This document shows, piece by piece, positions 38,995 to 52,305 of a stretch of 64,000 bases of DNA. The position numbers and the translations under genes were made by a program. Position 1 is the stretch's first letter. Each line of letters opens with the position of its first letter. The notes under the pieces are model-generated. The model was not told where the DNA came from. It saw only the letters and a list, made by a program, of their open reading frames with translations, and ran no database searches. The stretch is from Eledone cirrhosa (lineage: Eukaryota): NCBI GenBank assembly GCA_964016885.1, contig OZ024741.1, forward strand, positions 373,240,001 to 373,304,000, given 5' to 3'.

Positions 38995-41143
38995 AACCTG
39001 TGGCTGGAGCAGAGCTTCAACCAGACAGAGAGTGACCTGGTGGTGGAACAGCACAGTAGATAAGGCTATTAGAGTCAAAAGACTAGCATGGAAGGCTTGG
39101 AAAAAGGGTGGGAGTAGGGAAGAATATACAGCCACTAAGAGAGAAGCTAGACGTCAGGTGTACTTAGCACGCAGGGAGGCAGAGAGTAGGAGGTTTGCCA
39201 ATGTTCTGCGACGGGAAGATCAGAGGCGTGCGGTGTTCCACATTGCAAGGCAGTGTGTCAATGCAAATCAGGATGTCGTTGGTGATAAATGTGTCCGGGA
39301 TGATGCCGGTGTACTTAGTGTCATGAATGACCAGAAAAAGGAGGCCTGGAAATGTCATTATGAGAGACTGATGAATGTGGAGAACGAATGGGAGAGAGAG
39401 AAATTACCCTTGATAGATCCGACAGAGGGACCAGCTATTGAGATTGACGAATATAGGGTCCAAGAGGTGATTAGGGAAATGAAAAATGGTAAGGCGGCCG
39501 GACCATCGGGAATAGTTGCTGAGATGCTGAAGGCATCAGGGGACGTAGGCACTAAACTGGTTGCACGCATCATCAATCAGGCTATATATGGTGGTGTCAT
39601 ACCCAAAGACTGGTCCAGCAGTATTCTCATAAATTGCTACAAAGGTAAAGGGGATGCTTTGGAGAGGAGCAATTATAGGGGTATAAAACTGATAGATCAG
39701 GTTATGAAAGTGGCAGAAAGGATTTTAGCACAACTAATTAGAGAAAGGGTCAAACTAGATGAGATGCAGTTTGGTTTTGTGCCTGGGAAGAGTACAACAG
39801 ATGCCCTCTTCTTGGTGAGACAAATGCAAGAGAGGTTCTTAGAGAAGAATAAGCCACTATACTTAGCCTTTGTTGACCTAGAGAAGGCCTTTGATAGGGT
39901 ACCCCGATCTGTCATCTGGTGGTCCCTAAGGAAGCTAGGTGTTGAGGAATGGCTTGTGAGGACAGTGCAAACTTTGTACAGAGGTACTCTCAGTGAAGTC
40001 AGGGTAGGAATGGAGTTTAGTGAGGAATTCCAGATAAAAGTAGGAGTACATCAGGGTTCGGTCCTCAGCCCGCTCTTGTTCATTATAGTCCTCCAAGCCA
40101 TAACAGAGGAGTTTAAGACTGGCTGTCCATGGGAACTTCTCTATGCTGACGATCTGGTTCTTATAGCAGAATCAGTAGAGGAGCTAGAGAATAAATTCTG
40201 GCTATGGAAACAGCAGTTGGAAGCAAGAGGACTGAGGGTGAATCTAGCTAAGACAAAAGTTTTGATGAGTAGAAAAGAGGACAAAACCCTAATTCCGTCA
40301 GGGAAATGGCCATGTTCGATATGCAGAAAAGGAACTGGCATCAATTCTATAAAATGCACACAATGCAGATCCTGGGTACACAAGAGATGTAGCGGGATAG
40401 CAGGCAAACTAACAGGTAGGGAGAAATATGTATGCAGTAGATGTACAGGGAAATTAGACAGTAGAAGTCGCACTGATAGACACATTTTTCAAATGCAAGA
40501 GGGCGCTACAGAAGTGGTGGATAGCTTCCGGTACCTAGGAGATCAGATTAGCATGGGAGGAGGGTGTTCCGAGGCCATAGTATCTAGAATAAGGACAGGT
40601 TGGAAGAAGTTTAGGGAGTTGCTTCCTCTGTTGATGAAGAAGGGTTTCTCCCTGCGTACGAAAGGCCGGTTGTATGATGCCTGTGTGAGGAGCGCGATGC
40701 TGCATGGTAGTGAGACATGGGCAGCAACTGCAGAGGATATGCGACGGCTGGAGAGAAATGAGGCAAGCATGCTCCGTTGGATGTGCAGTGTAAATGTGCG
40801 TGAACGACCCAGCATAAATGTGTTGAGAGAGAAACTGTGTCTGAGAGGGATAGAATGTAGTGTACGGGAGAGGAGACTGAGGTGGTATGGACATGTGATG
40901 CGCATGGAGGATGACCGATGGGTGAAGAAGTGCCAGGAAATGCCAGTTGAAGGAAGACGTGGTAGAGGTAGACCACGAAAAACATGGGCGGAGGTGGTGA
41001 GAACAGACCTCAGATCATTGAAGCTCACGGTGGAGATGACGAGGGACCGTGACGGGTGGAGAGATACTTTGCTGAATAAGACCCGTCCCACCCTTGCAAG
41101 CAGGGAAAAGCGGACGTAAAATGATGATGATGATCATGATGAT
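38995..41143 (+). mobile_element. RTE-type LINE (PHD-in-RT family C), 5'-truncated, essentially no 3' UTR
   Basis: Open ORF to 41119 followed immediately by (GAT)n. Confidence 0.93.
39032..41119 (+). CDS. Reverse transcriptase with internal C4HC3 finger (5'-truncated, uninterrupted 695 aa)
   Basis: TWWWN, NYRGIKL, DLEKAFD, GVHQGS, LLYADD, finger at 40313-40444, [22 protein letters not shown]. Confidence 0.9.
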   Translation: MTWWWNSTVDKAIRVKRLAWKAWKKGGSREEYTATKREARRQVYLARREAESRRFANVLRREDQRRAVFHIARQCVNANQDVVGDKCVRDDAGVLSVMNDQKKEAWKCHYERLMNVENEWEREKLPLIDPTEGPAIEIDEYRVQEVIREMKNGKAAGPSGIVAEMLKASGDVGTKLVARIINQAIYGGVIPKDWSSSILINCYKGKGDALERSNYRGIKLIDQVMKVAERILAQLIRERVKLDEMQFGFVPGKSTTDALFLVRQMQERFLEKNKPLYLAFVDLEKAFDRVPRSVIWWSLRKLGVEEWLVRTVQTLYRGTLSEVRVGMEFSEEFQIKVGVHQGSVLSPLLFIIVLQAITEEFKTGCPWELLYADDLVLIAESVEELENKFWLWKQQLEARGLRVNLAKTKVLMSRKEDKTLIPSGKWPCSICRKGTGINSIKCTQCRSWVHKRCSGIAGKLTGREKYVCSRCTGKLDSRSRTDRHIFQMQEGATEVVDSFRYLGDQISMGGGCSEAIVSRIRTGWKKFRELLPLLMKKGFSLRTKGRLYDACVRSAMLHGSETWAATAEDMRRLERNEASMLRWMCSVNVRERPSINVLREKLCLRGIECSVRERRLRWYGHVMRMEDDRWVKKCQEMPVEGRRGRGRPRKTWAEVVRTDLRSLKLTVEMTRDRDGWRDTLLNKTRPTLASREKRT

Positions 41144-41211
41144 ATATACATATATATATATATATATACATATATATATACATATATAAATATACATATA
41201 CATATATATAC

Positions 41212-41242
<31 letters not shown>

Positions 41243-41565
41243 AATATACATATACATATATATACATATATATATATATACATATATATATATACATACA
41301 TAAATATACATATATATATATATATACATATATAAATATACATATATACATATATAAATATACATATATATATATACATATATAAATACATATATAAATA
41401 TACATATATATACATATATATATATACACACATATATATATACATACATATATATATATATATACATATATATATACATATATAAATATACATATATGTA
41501 TACATATATATATATATACATATATATATATACATATATATATACATATATATATATATACAAAC

Positions 41566-41614
<49 letters not shown>

Positions 41615-41685
41615 AATACATATATATATATATACATATACATATATATATATATAAATACATATATATATATATACATATACAT

Positions 41686-41747
<62 letters not shown>

Positions 41748-41769
41748 ATATACATATATATACATATAC

Positions 41770-41802
<33 letters not shown>

Positions 41803-41833
41803 CATATATATACATATACATATATATATATAC

Positions 41834-41864
<31 letters not shown>

Positions 41865-41900
41865 CATACATATATATATATATACATATATATATACATA

Positions 41901-42272
41901 CAAAGTCAATGACACACGACCGTGACTTCTGGCGTCACGCAGTAATACAGGGTACCCGACCTCCCATGGGTACATGCTGAAGCACATAAACAATATGCTC
42001 CCCCCCCCCCACCGCAAGGTGGTCGTGGAGGTGCCACGGCAAAAAAGCACCCAGCCCACACTGTAAAGTGGACGTGTAGGCGCCACGAAAAAGCACCCAG
42101 CACTCACTGTAAATGAGGTTGGTGTTAGGAAGGGCATCCAGCTGTAGAAATCAAGCCAGATCAGTTCCTGTAGGAGCAAGGCATGGTCAGCCGACCAGAC
42201 ACTGCCCACAACAGGACAACCCGTCTAACCCATGCTAGCGTGGAAGAACGGACGTAAAACGGTGATGATGAT
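41901..42272 (+). mobile_element. 3' end of a further RTE family (E): last codons + structured 3' UTR + (GAT)n
   Basis: Translates [19 protein letters not shown] (compare [18 protein letters not shown]); tail CCATGCTAGCGTGGAA..CGGACGTAAAA. Confidence 0.8.
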
Positions 42273-42334
42273 ATATATACACATGTATATACATATACAT
42301 ATATATATATATATATACATATATATACATATAC

Positions 42335-42387
<53 letters not shown>

Positions 42388-42440
42388 CATATATATATAT
42401 ATACATACATATATATATATATACATATACATATATATAT

Positions 42441-42767
42441 ATATTGTTATACTTTGGGAGGGTCATGTTGCCAATAAGAAACACACGCACCAGTTGCTTT
42501 CACTTCAATTTATTATACATTTATAAATTTACAAACTTATAAATTTATAAATTTCTGGTTGGTTGGTTGGTTCCACAACCAGATAGTTGTTTATATATAG
42601 TCATAGTTCTTTCGTCACACACTCTATATAAATGTATAATAAATTGAAGTGAAAGCAACTGGTGCGTGTGTTTCTTATTGGCAACATGACCCTCCCAAAG
42701 TATAACAATATCGGTTTCAACACACGATTTCAGATAAAGAATCTTGCTAAACAAATTCAGAAACGAA

Positions 42768-42768
<1 letters not shown>
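42441..42768. repeat. Inverted-repeat element (85-bp arms, 101-bp spacer, 57-bp extension)
   Basis: 42441-42525 is the reverse complement of 42627-42711; same family as 22583-22741. Confidence 0.88.
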
Positions 42769-42859
<91 letters not shown>

Positions 42860-42861
42860 GC

Positions 42862-42894
<33 letters not shown>

Positions 42895-43013
42895 CATATA
42901 TATATACATACATATATATACATATATATATACATACATATATATATACATACATATATATATATATACATACATATATATATACATACATATATATATA
43001 TATACATACATAC

Positions 43014-43084
<71 letters not shown>

Positions 43085-43089
43085 CATAA

Positions 43090-43164
<75 letters not shown>

Positions 43165-43262
43165 CATATATATATATACATATATATACATATATATATA
43201 CATACATATATATATACATACATATATATATATACATACATATATACATACATATATATATA

Positions 43263-43314
<52 letters not shown>

Positions 43315-43344
43315 CATATAAATATATATATATACATATATACA

Positions 43345-45970
43345 GACGGCGGCAGACGAAGTCTGTGGCTGGAGCAGGCCTGTAGGTAGGGGGAGAGTAA
43401 CATGGTGGTGGAACAGTAAGGTGGAGGAGTCAATTAAGGCCAAAAAGCAGGCTTGGAAAGTATGGCGGGATGGGGGAAGTAGAGAAGACTATCAAGTGGC
43501 CAGGAGGGAAGCTAGGAGACAAGTGTACTTCGCAAGAAGGGAAGCAGAGGAAAGAAAGTTCAAGCATGTTCTACAACGTGAGGACCAAAAACGTGAGGTG
43601 TTCAGGATTGCCAGGCAATGTGTCAAGGAAAACCGTGATATTGTCGGGGAGAAGTGTGTACTTAACGATGATGGCATACTTGCCATCACCGACGCTGATA
43701 AGAAGGTAGCTTGGAAGTGTCACTACGAAAGGCTTCTAAATGAGGAGAACAAATGGGAGAAAGACAGTCTCCCCCAGATCGATCCAATAGAGGGACCAGC
43801 AGTGTTAGTTGAAGGTAGTATAATAAGTAAGGCAATCAAAGATATGAAGACGGGTAAGGCGGCTGGGCCTTCGGAAATAGTTGCTGAGATGCTGAAGGCA
43901 TCTGGTTCGGTGGGACACACCATGGTCACCCGGATAGTTAACCAAGTCGTACAGAATGGGGTTGTTCCGAAGGAATGGCGTAGCAGCATCATCGTTAACT
44001 GCTATAAGGGAAAAGGAGATGCCCTAGATAGGAGTAACTATAGAGGCATTAAATTAATCGACCAGGTCATGAAGGTCACGGAAAAAGTAATAGCGCAACT
44101 AATCAGAGAGAGAATTGATCTAGATGAAATGCAGTTCGGGTTTGTGTCAGGCAAAAGTACCACAGACGCTCTTTTCATTGTACGACAACTACAGGAGAAG
44201 TACCTAGCTAAAAGTAAACCCCTATACTTAGCTTTCGTCGACTTGGAGAAAGCCTTCGACAGAGTCCCCCGTTCCATTATCTGGTGGTCTCTTAGAAAAC
44301 TAGGTGTTGACGAATGGCTTGTGAGAGCTATACAAGCCATGTATAAAGAAACAGTCAGTAAGGTTAGAATTAACAACGAATATAGTGAAGAGTTTAGCGT
44401 AAAAGTTGGTGTCCATCAGGGCTCTGTTCTTAGCCCCCTACTATTTATTATTGCCCTTCAGGCTATAACAGAGGAGTTCAAGACCGGCTGCCCATGGGAA
44501 CTCCTATACGCAGATGATCTAACGCTCATAGCTGAATCAATGACCGAACTAGAGAAGAAATTCCAAACGTGGAAGCACGGCCTAGAATCAAAAGGCCTTA
44601 AAATTAACCTGGCTAAGACTAAAGTTCTAGTTTGTAGGAAAGAAAATAAGGCGGCGGTCCCATCGGGGAAATGGCCATGCTCAGTGTGTAGGAAAGGCGT
44701 AGGTAGAAACTCCATTTTATGTCCCAAATGCAAAGTATGGGTGCATAAAAGATGTAGTGGGATCACAGGTAAGCTAACTAAGAACATAGATTTTACATGT
44801 GGCCGGTGCTCTGGTGCAATAAGTAGCAGCAAGTGCCCACAAAATACTAGCTCCTTCAACTGCGCAGAGGGTTCTATAGAAATAGTGGACAGCTTCCGTT
44901 ATCTGGGTGACAAAATCAGCAGTGGGGGAGGGTGCTCTGAAAGTACAGTAGCTAGAGTCAGAACTGGATGGAAAAAGTTCAGAGAGCTTATACCACTATT
45001 AGCCGCTAGAGGGTTCTCCCTAAAAATGAAAGGCAGGTTATACGATGCCTGCATACGAACAGCAATGCTGCATGGCAGTGAGACCTGGGCATTGTGTGCA
45101 GAGGATATACGCAGACTAGAGAGGAACGAAGCTTGCATGCTCCGCTGGATGTGCAATAGTAATATACGTGAACGGCAAAGCATAAACGAACTAAGGAAAA
45201 AATTAGAAATAAGAGGGATCAGATGTTGTTTACTCGAGAGAAGGCTACGTTGGTACGGTCACGTGATGCGCATGAAAGACGACAGCTGTATAACAAAGTG
45301 CAGGGCAATAAAGATAGACGGTAGCCACGGAGTAGGCAGACCCAGAAAAACATGGGACGAGCTGATAAATTCCGACCTCATACGCTTACACCTCTCCAAG
45401 ACAATGTCACTGGACCGAGACCTTTGTCGGTACTCAGTAATAGAGAAGACCCGCCTTACCTAAATACAAAGTAAAAACCTACTACAGTCAGTAGGCATCT
45501 CTATCAAAACACACCCCCGTCCCACCACCTCCACCCCACCCACACCGCCCCTTTAAATTTAAAGTTATGTTGGTCCCACAACATCCAGGCCGAAATAATT
45601 GAGATCGTGTAGGTGTCACGACAAAAAACACACAGTCCACGCTGTAAATGTGGCCGTGTAGGCAACACGGTAAAAACTCCCAGCCCCACACTGTAAATGT
45701 GGTTGGTGTTAGGAAGGGCATCCAGCTGTAGAAAACCCGCCAGACAGTCCACGCTGTAATGTGGCCGTGTAGGCAACACGGTAAAAACCTCCCAGCCCCA
45801 CACTGTAAATGTGGTTGGTGTTAGGAAGGGCATCCAACTGTAGAAAACCCGCCAGACAGTCCTATGCGAGCAAGACAACCACTCTTGCCTCAAGTGGGAA
45901 AACCCCCGTCCAAACCCATGCAAGCGTGGAACACGGACGCTAAACCTGATGATGATGATGATGATGATGA
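43345..45970 (+). mobile_element. RTE-type LINE (PHD-in-RT family D), 5'-truncated, ~500-bp structured 3' UTR
   Basis: Open RT ORF to 45463; 3' UTR with internal duplication; (GAT)n tail. Confidence 0.93.
43421..45463 (+). CDS. Reverse transcriptase with internal C4HC3 finger (5'-truncated, uninterrupted 680 aa)
   Basis: Same RT motifs as 39032-41119; finger at 44678-44809. Confidence 0.9.
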   Translation: MEESIKAKKQAWKVWRDGGSREDYQVARREARRQVYFARREAEERKFKHVLQREDQKREVFRIARQCVKENRDIVGEKCVLNDDGILAITDADKKVAWKCHYERLLNEENKWEKDSLPQIDPIEGPAVLVEGSIISKAIKDMKTGKAAGPSEIVAEMLKASGSVGHTMVTRIVNQVVQNGVVPKEWRSSIIVNCYKGKGDALDRSNYRGIKLIDQVMKVTEKVIAQLIRERIDLDEMQFGFVSGKSTTDALFIVRQLQEKYLAKSKPLYLAFVDLEKAFDRVPRSIIWWSLRKLGVDEWLVRAIQAMYKETVSKVRINNEYSEEFSVKVGVHQGSVLSPLLFIIALQAITEEFKTGCPWELLYADDLTLIAESMTELEKKFQTWKHGLESKGLKINLAKTKVLVCRKENKAAVPSGKWPCSVCRKGVGRNSILCPKCKVWVHKRCSGITGKLTKNIDFTCGRCSGAISSSKCPQNTSSFNCAEGSIEIVDSFRYLGDKISSGGGCSESTVARVRTGWKKFRELIPLLAARGFSLKMKGRLYDACIRTAMLHGSETWALCAEDIRRLERNEACMLRWMCNSNIRERQSINELRKKLEIRGIRCCLLERRLRWYGHVMRMKDDSCITKCRAIKIDGSHGVGRPRKTWDELINSDLIRLHLSKTMSLDRDLCRYSVIEKTRLT

Positions 45971-46351
45971 TATACATATATATATATATATACATATATA
46001 CATATATACATATATATATACATATATACATATATATATATATACATATATACATATATATATATACATATATATATATATACATATATACATATATATA
46101 TACATACATATATATATACATACATATATATATACATACATATATATATATATACATATATACATATATATATATACATATATATATACATATATACATA
46201 TATATATACATATATACATATATATATATACATATATATATATACATATATATATACACACATATATATATATACATATATATATACATACATATATATA
46301 TATACATATATATATACATACATATATATATATACATATATATATACATAC

Positions 46352-46382
<31 letters not shown>

Positions 46383-46876
46383 CATATATTTATACATACA
46401 TATATATATACATACATATATATATACATACATATATATATACATATATATATATACATATATATATACATACATATATATATATGCATATATATACACA
46501 TATATATATATACATATATATATACATATATATATATTCATATAAAAATATATACATATATATATACATACATATATATATATATACATATATACATACA
46601 TATATATATATACATATATACATATATATATACATACATATATATATATACATATATCATCATCATCATCATATATATATACACATATATACATATATAT
46701 ATATACATACATATACATATATACATATATATATACATACATATATACATATATATATACATACATATATATATACATACATATATATACATATATATAT
46801 ATACATAATACATACATACATATATACACATATATAAATATACATAATACATATACATATATATATACATATATAC

Positions 46877-46907
<31 letters not shown>

Positions 46908-46930
46908 CATATATATATACATATATATAC

Positions 46931-46964
<34 letters not shown>

Positions 46965-46986
46965 ATACATATATATATATACATAC

Positions 46987-47071
<85 letters not shown>

Positions 47072-47112
47072 CATATATATATATACATATATATATACAT
47101 ATATATATATAC

Positions 47113-47159
<47 letters not shown>

Positions 47160-47203
47160 CATATATATATATATACATACATATATATATACATACATAT
47201 ATA
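45971..47203. repeat. (TA)nCA compound microsatellite (similar arrays at 38646-38992, 41144-41900, 42769-43343)
   Basis: Directly visible. Confidence 0.95.
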
Positions 47204-48410
47204 GACAATGCTAAAACTATGGGTGAGATACTGCAGAAACAATACTGCTCTGTTTTCAGCAATCCTGATATGGCCGATCTGGGCTGTATCGGCGATGTTA
47301 CTCCCCATTACACCTTATCGGACATAACGTTTGGCGCCCCTGATGTCTTAGCGGCAATAAAGGAAATCCAGCATAATGCAGCAGTAGGTCCCGATAGGTT
47401 CCCTGCTTGTGTCTTGAAGGCGTGTCAACACCAACTTGCATGTCCTCTTGCCAATCTGTGGCGGAACTCACTGGATGCTGGATATGTGCCAGAAAACCTT
47501 CTATCCCAGTCTGTTGTCCCAGTTTTCAAAAAAGGAAACAAATCCCTTGCCGTGAATTACCGTCTAATCTCACTCACCTCTCATATCATTAAGGTATTTG
47601 AGAGAGTGGTGAGATCGCGAATGACTCACTTCCTTGAGAGTAACAATATGCTGAACTCCAACCAGCATGGATTCCGTAATGGAAGGGATTGCCTGACGCA
47701 GCTACTGCATCACTTTGATGTCATTTTGAGAGCCTTGGGAGAGGGCTCCAACACTGATGTTATCTACCTTGATTTCAGCAAGGCCTTTGACAGGGTTGAT
47801 CACAACCTTCTACTGAGAAAGCTGTCCAATATTGGTGTCACTAGAAAGCTGCTGCAGTGGATCAAGAGCTTCCTGTCAAACAGAACCCAACTTGTTGTAG
47901 TCGAAGGAGTCAAATCCAGCCCAGCCAAAGTCAGTAGTGGGGTCCCACAAGGCACCGTGTTGGGCCCACTTCTCTTCATCACTGACATCATCAAACACAG
48001 CAATATTAGAATTTTCGCTGATGATTCCAAGCTCCAAAAGGTCATCAATGGCGTGAATGACCGGATAAGCCTTCAGTCAGACCTACTGGCTGTTACCCAA
48101 TGGGCGGAAAAGAACATGTTACTGAACGAAGACAAATTCGAACTGATCCACTTTGGAAAAGAGGATGCTCTGAAACTCCCGTACTCCCTTCCCTCCAGTG
48201 AAACTCTCGTGGCATCTAACAACATCAGAGACTTGGGAGTAACCGTGGACAGCAACATAAGCTGGGCCACGCATATAAGCAGCAAAGTTGACATGGCCCG
48301 CAGAATGTGTTCCTGGATCCTCAGAACCTTCCAGTCGAGAGATTCCCACACCATTATCCTTCTCTTCTCCACTTTTGCCCGACCACACCTTGAATACTGT
48401 TGTCCATTAA
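47204..48410 (+). mobile_element. CR1/Jockey-group LINE RT fragment (different family), truncated at both ends
   Basis: [52 protein letters not shown]. Confidence 0.9.
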
Positions 48411-48598
48411 TTGCTCGTATACATGAAACTGACTGGCCAGTCTGCTGATATGCAAATATGGCTGATCAGTGGATCTGCTAATATGCAGATCTGACTGATC
48501 AGCCAGTCTGCTAATATGCAAATCAGGCCAATCAGTCACAGTATATTTTAGAAAATATATATTTTCACTAGTTCTGACAGTTGGCAGGTGAGCAGTGA

Positions 48599-48645
48599 AC
48601 TGCACTGATGAAGGGTAATTACCCAGAAACATTAGTGTCTGCAGT
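48599..48645 (+). ncRNA. Compact type I hammerhead ribozyme motif
   Basis: ACUGCA CUGAUGA A-GGGU-AAUU-ACCC-A GAAA CAUUAGUG UC UGCAGU: 6-bp stem I, GUC triplet. Confidence 0.8.
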
Positions 48646-48828
48646 CCTGTTTACGTACCAACACAAGAGCAAGAATGAGGAGCTCATTCTACTGACATGG
48701 CTTAAAAGAGGCTGTTTGCATAATTGCAAACAAATCGAATATTATTATTAATATTCAAAAAACATTTATTGTATTCAGCCATGTAGAGCAATAACTTTTT
48801 GTTAATATATATATATACATATTTACAT

Positions 48829-48894
<66 letters not shown>

Positions 48895-49844
48895 ATGCTA
48901 GCATGGAAGATAGACGTTAAACAATGATGATGATGATGATGATATAAACAATGTATGAAGCCGACGTTTTGGCTTTCGATAGCGCTGAGAAAATATGTAT
49001 GTATATATATACATATATATGTATATATAAGCAGAAAAAAAAGTGCTCAATCGCAGAAAGGCTATAAAGATAGCTTATTAAATTGGGTGAAGACCCTTAA
49101 AAGAAAAAAAAGAAGTTGCCATCAGTCGTTATGAGGAATGAAACCCCATATTTTCCAGATACTAGTACATACATACATATATATCCCGTTCTTTGCCAGG
49201 GAACGTTTCCATGAACCAAAGTATCATCTTCCTGTCTTCCTCCGGGTGCAACATTTTTTGAAATATTCACTTCTGCGTTCACAGATTGAGTTTGTTAGTT
49301 TCAGAAGATCCCGTTAAGGGTGAAAGCAGTGATTCTTTGCTTAAACTTTAATCTGTTATTTTAATAAATTTATATATATATGGTTCAGATCTAATAAACA
49401 TTTTGGCCTACAAGAAAAAAGAAACTCAATTTTCTAAATAGGGTTTTCTCTAAATAAATTGAATTTTTTATGACATAGCCATAATGTTTCAATAATGTGA
49501 GTGTATTCACTAAAAATTATAAAAGAAATATTTCTTTAATAAAATTTTGCTGAAACATCTTGGCTATGTTGTAAAAAGAATGATAGATAGATAGATAGGT
49601 AGGTAGGTTGGGGTATATATATACATAGGTAGGTAGATATATATATATATATATATACATATATATATGTATATTATTTTGTAGGTTTGTAGACATATTC
49701 ACTCAGCTATTTATTGGTTAGACTTATAGCTTCATTCGTTCCTTCTCAGGTTTTCTGGATTATTAACTGGTTAAAGGTTTCAAATTGATTGATGGGGATG
49801 CCAGTGTTTTGGTTGAATTTGGTCAGTTCTGGTTCTTATATACA

Positions 49845-49876
<32 letters not shown>

Positions 49877-50184
49877 AGGTAAAGAAATTGAAAATGGAAT
49901 TGGAGTCTTTTTAAGAATATATATTTATTTATTTATTTCAAAAGTAGAATTGAGATGGAGGGTTTGTCTCGCATCAGATGCGAGTAAAGGAAATAAATAA
50001 AATATTCTTAAAAAGTCTCCAGTTACATTTTCGATTTCTTTTGCTTATACTTTCACCTGTATAAGACATCTCGTTTTTTTGTTTTTTTATTAAAAACGAG
50101 ATGTCCTACATTTATTAAAAAAAAAAATCATTATCTTTATTTATTTATTTATTTATTTATATATATATATGTGTGTGTGTATAT

Positions 50185-50528
50185 ATCATCATTTCATCAT
50201 TTCATTTTATGTCCGCTTTTCCCTCCTTGCAAGGGTGGGACGGGAACTGATTCTGGCTTGATTTCTACAGCTGAATGCCCTTCCTAACACCAACCTCATT
50301 TACAGTGAGTGCTGGGTGCTTTTTTGCAATGGCACCTGCACGACCACTTTGCAGTGGAATGATAGGGACCCCAGTCCCTATCATCTCATTTCTACAGCTG
50401 AGTAAACTGGAGCAATGTGAAATAAAGTGTCTTGCTCAAGGAAACAACACATCACCCGGTCTGAGAATTGAACTCACAACCTTTCGATTGCAAGCCCAAT
50501 GCTCTAACCACTAAGCCATGTGCCTGCA
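50185..50528 (-). mobile_element. tRNA-derived SINE (same family as 4641)
   Basis: Reverse-complement match along the whole length. Confidence 0.92.
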
Positions 50529-50774
50529 TATATATATATATATATCATCATCATCATCTTACGTCCGTTTTCCATGCTAGCATGGGTTAGACGGAATATA
50601 TATATATATATATTCTTTTATTTGTTTTAATCAGTATACTATAGCCATGCTAGCAGCAATTTTTCATGCTTGGTACTTATTTCATCAATAATTTTTTTTG
50701 TTGAACCACTAAATTATATGATATAAACACAGACATAGGCATGAGGACACATACACACATAAGCACACACAAAC

Positions 50775-50858
<84 letters not shown>

Positions 50859-50859
50859 A

Positions 50860-50893
<34 letters not shown>

Positions 50894-50894
50894 C

Positions 50895-51040
50895 GATAGG
50901 CTTCTGCAGTTTCTATCTACAAAATTTCAATCATAAGACAGTCATCCCGACATTATAGTTGAAGATACTTGCCCAAGATGCCATGTAGTGGGACTGAACC
51001 CAGAACCAACTGGTGAAACAAACTCCATAACCATCAAGTC
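50895..51040 (-). mobile_element. Old tRNA-like SINE fragment
   Basis: Minus strand: TGGTTA..GGGTTCAGTCCCACT..CTTGGGCAAGTATCTT. Confidence 0.5.
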
Positions 51041-51059
51041 ATGACCCTCTTTATATATA

Positions 51060-51378
51060 CCGTGGAACCTTGGTTTACAAACTTAATTCATTCCTGAAGG
51101 CCAAAATGTTTGTAAACCGAAACTATTTTTCCCATACAAAATGTTGAGAGAGAAATACAGTGAGAGACTGTATGAAAAACATAGATATCACCATAGTAGC
51201 TAACCACACAGCAAGTGACACTTCCCTGCCAATACGCCCAGCTTCTTGCCAGCCGTTGCTGCCAGCTTGCATGTTTGTTATTTGAGACACTGTTTGTGAA
51301 CCAAGATGTTTTATGTTGGGAAAAATTGTTCATATGTTTGTGATGAGAGGTGTGTGTTTGTGGAGTGAAGTTCCACTG
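51060..51378. mobile_element. Tigger/pogo-type MITE
   Basis: TA-CCGTGGAACCTT ... GAAGTTCCACTG-TA imperfect TIRs with TA flanks. Confidence 0.65.
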
Positions 51379-52144
51379 TATTAAGTTAAATTAAAATCTT
51401 TGAAATAACTTTATATAGGAAGCATATGTTAAGTTATTATCTTAGTATTGAAATTAATAATTTTAGTAAATCCACCAAACTTCTTCAGTAATTAATTAAA
51501 ATAAAGTGTATTTCATTAGAAATATGGTCATGAAAAGGTAAAATGGCTCTTTCAAATATTTGCTATTTATTTCTAGGACAATGACAAATTTAAATTTCTC
51601 TAATTTGTTCTAAAACACGTTTATGTATTTTTCCTGCAATAATATCACATTTAAGAAGAGGTGTAATGCTTGAATCTGAATATCTGTGATTATAGAAGAA
51701 ATTAAATCTAAATTAATGGATTAAAAATAAATACAGGAAACAAATAATTTTTTTTTTAAATTTCATTGTCTTTGATTAATTAATTTAAAAGCAGATAGGA
51801 TATTCTAACTAATATTCTGTCTTCTAAAATATGTAGCCAATGAGAGATGACTTAATGTTTAAAGTTGTTATTGGGAGATGGTTGGTTATTTCAATCCCAT
51901 ATCAAATGATAATGCTGTGATTGTGTTGACAAGTGTTCTTGTTCTCTAATGGTGACAATCTTCTATGACAGTTTAGTATCATTAACAAAGAAGAAAAACA
52001 TAGAAATACCAAATTGATATCTCATAGACAATCACAATAGTCTATGAGATATCAATTAAAATTAAGTGTGCATATCTTCAGTCTTTTTCTACCTCTTTTT
52101 AAAAATTTGTTTTGTTTCTTTTGTATAAATAAAAAAAAAAGACA

Positions 52145-52305
52145 AGGTGACAAATTCTCACAGAGTTATTAGAACGAAATAAAATACTTTGCAGTATTTG
52201 TTCTGGCCCTATGCTCTGAGTTCAAATTCTGTCGAGGTCAACTTTACCTTTCATTCTTTTGATGTCAATAAAATAAAGTACTAGTCTAGTACTGGGGTTG
52301 ATTCT
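52145..52305 (+). mobile_element. Old SINE (same core family as 7320)
   Basis: CTGAGTTCAAATTC..CCTTTCATTCTTT..GTCAATAAAATAAAGTAC. Confidence 0.55.

Noticed and set aside
52018-52053. Short inverted repeat TTGATATCTCATAGAC / GTCTATGAGATATCAA
   Set aside because: Single copy with no context; cannot be assigned beyond a local hairpin.
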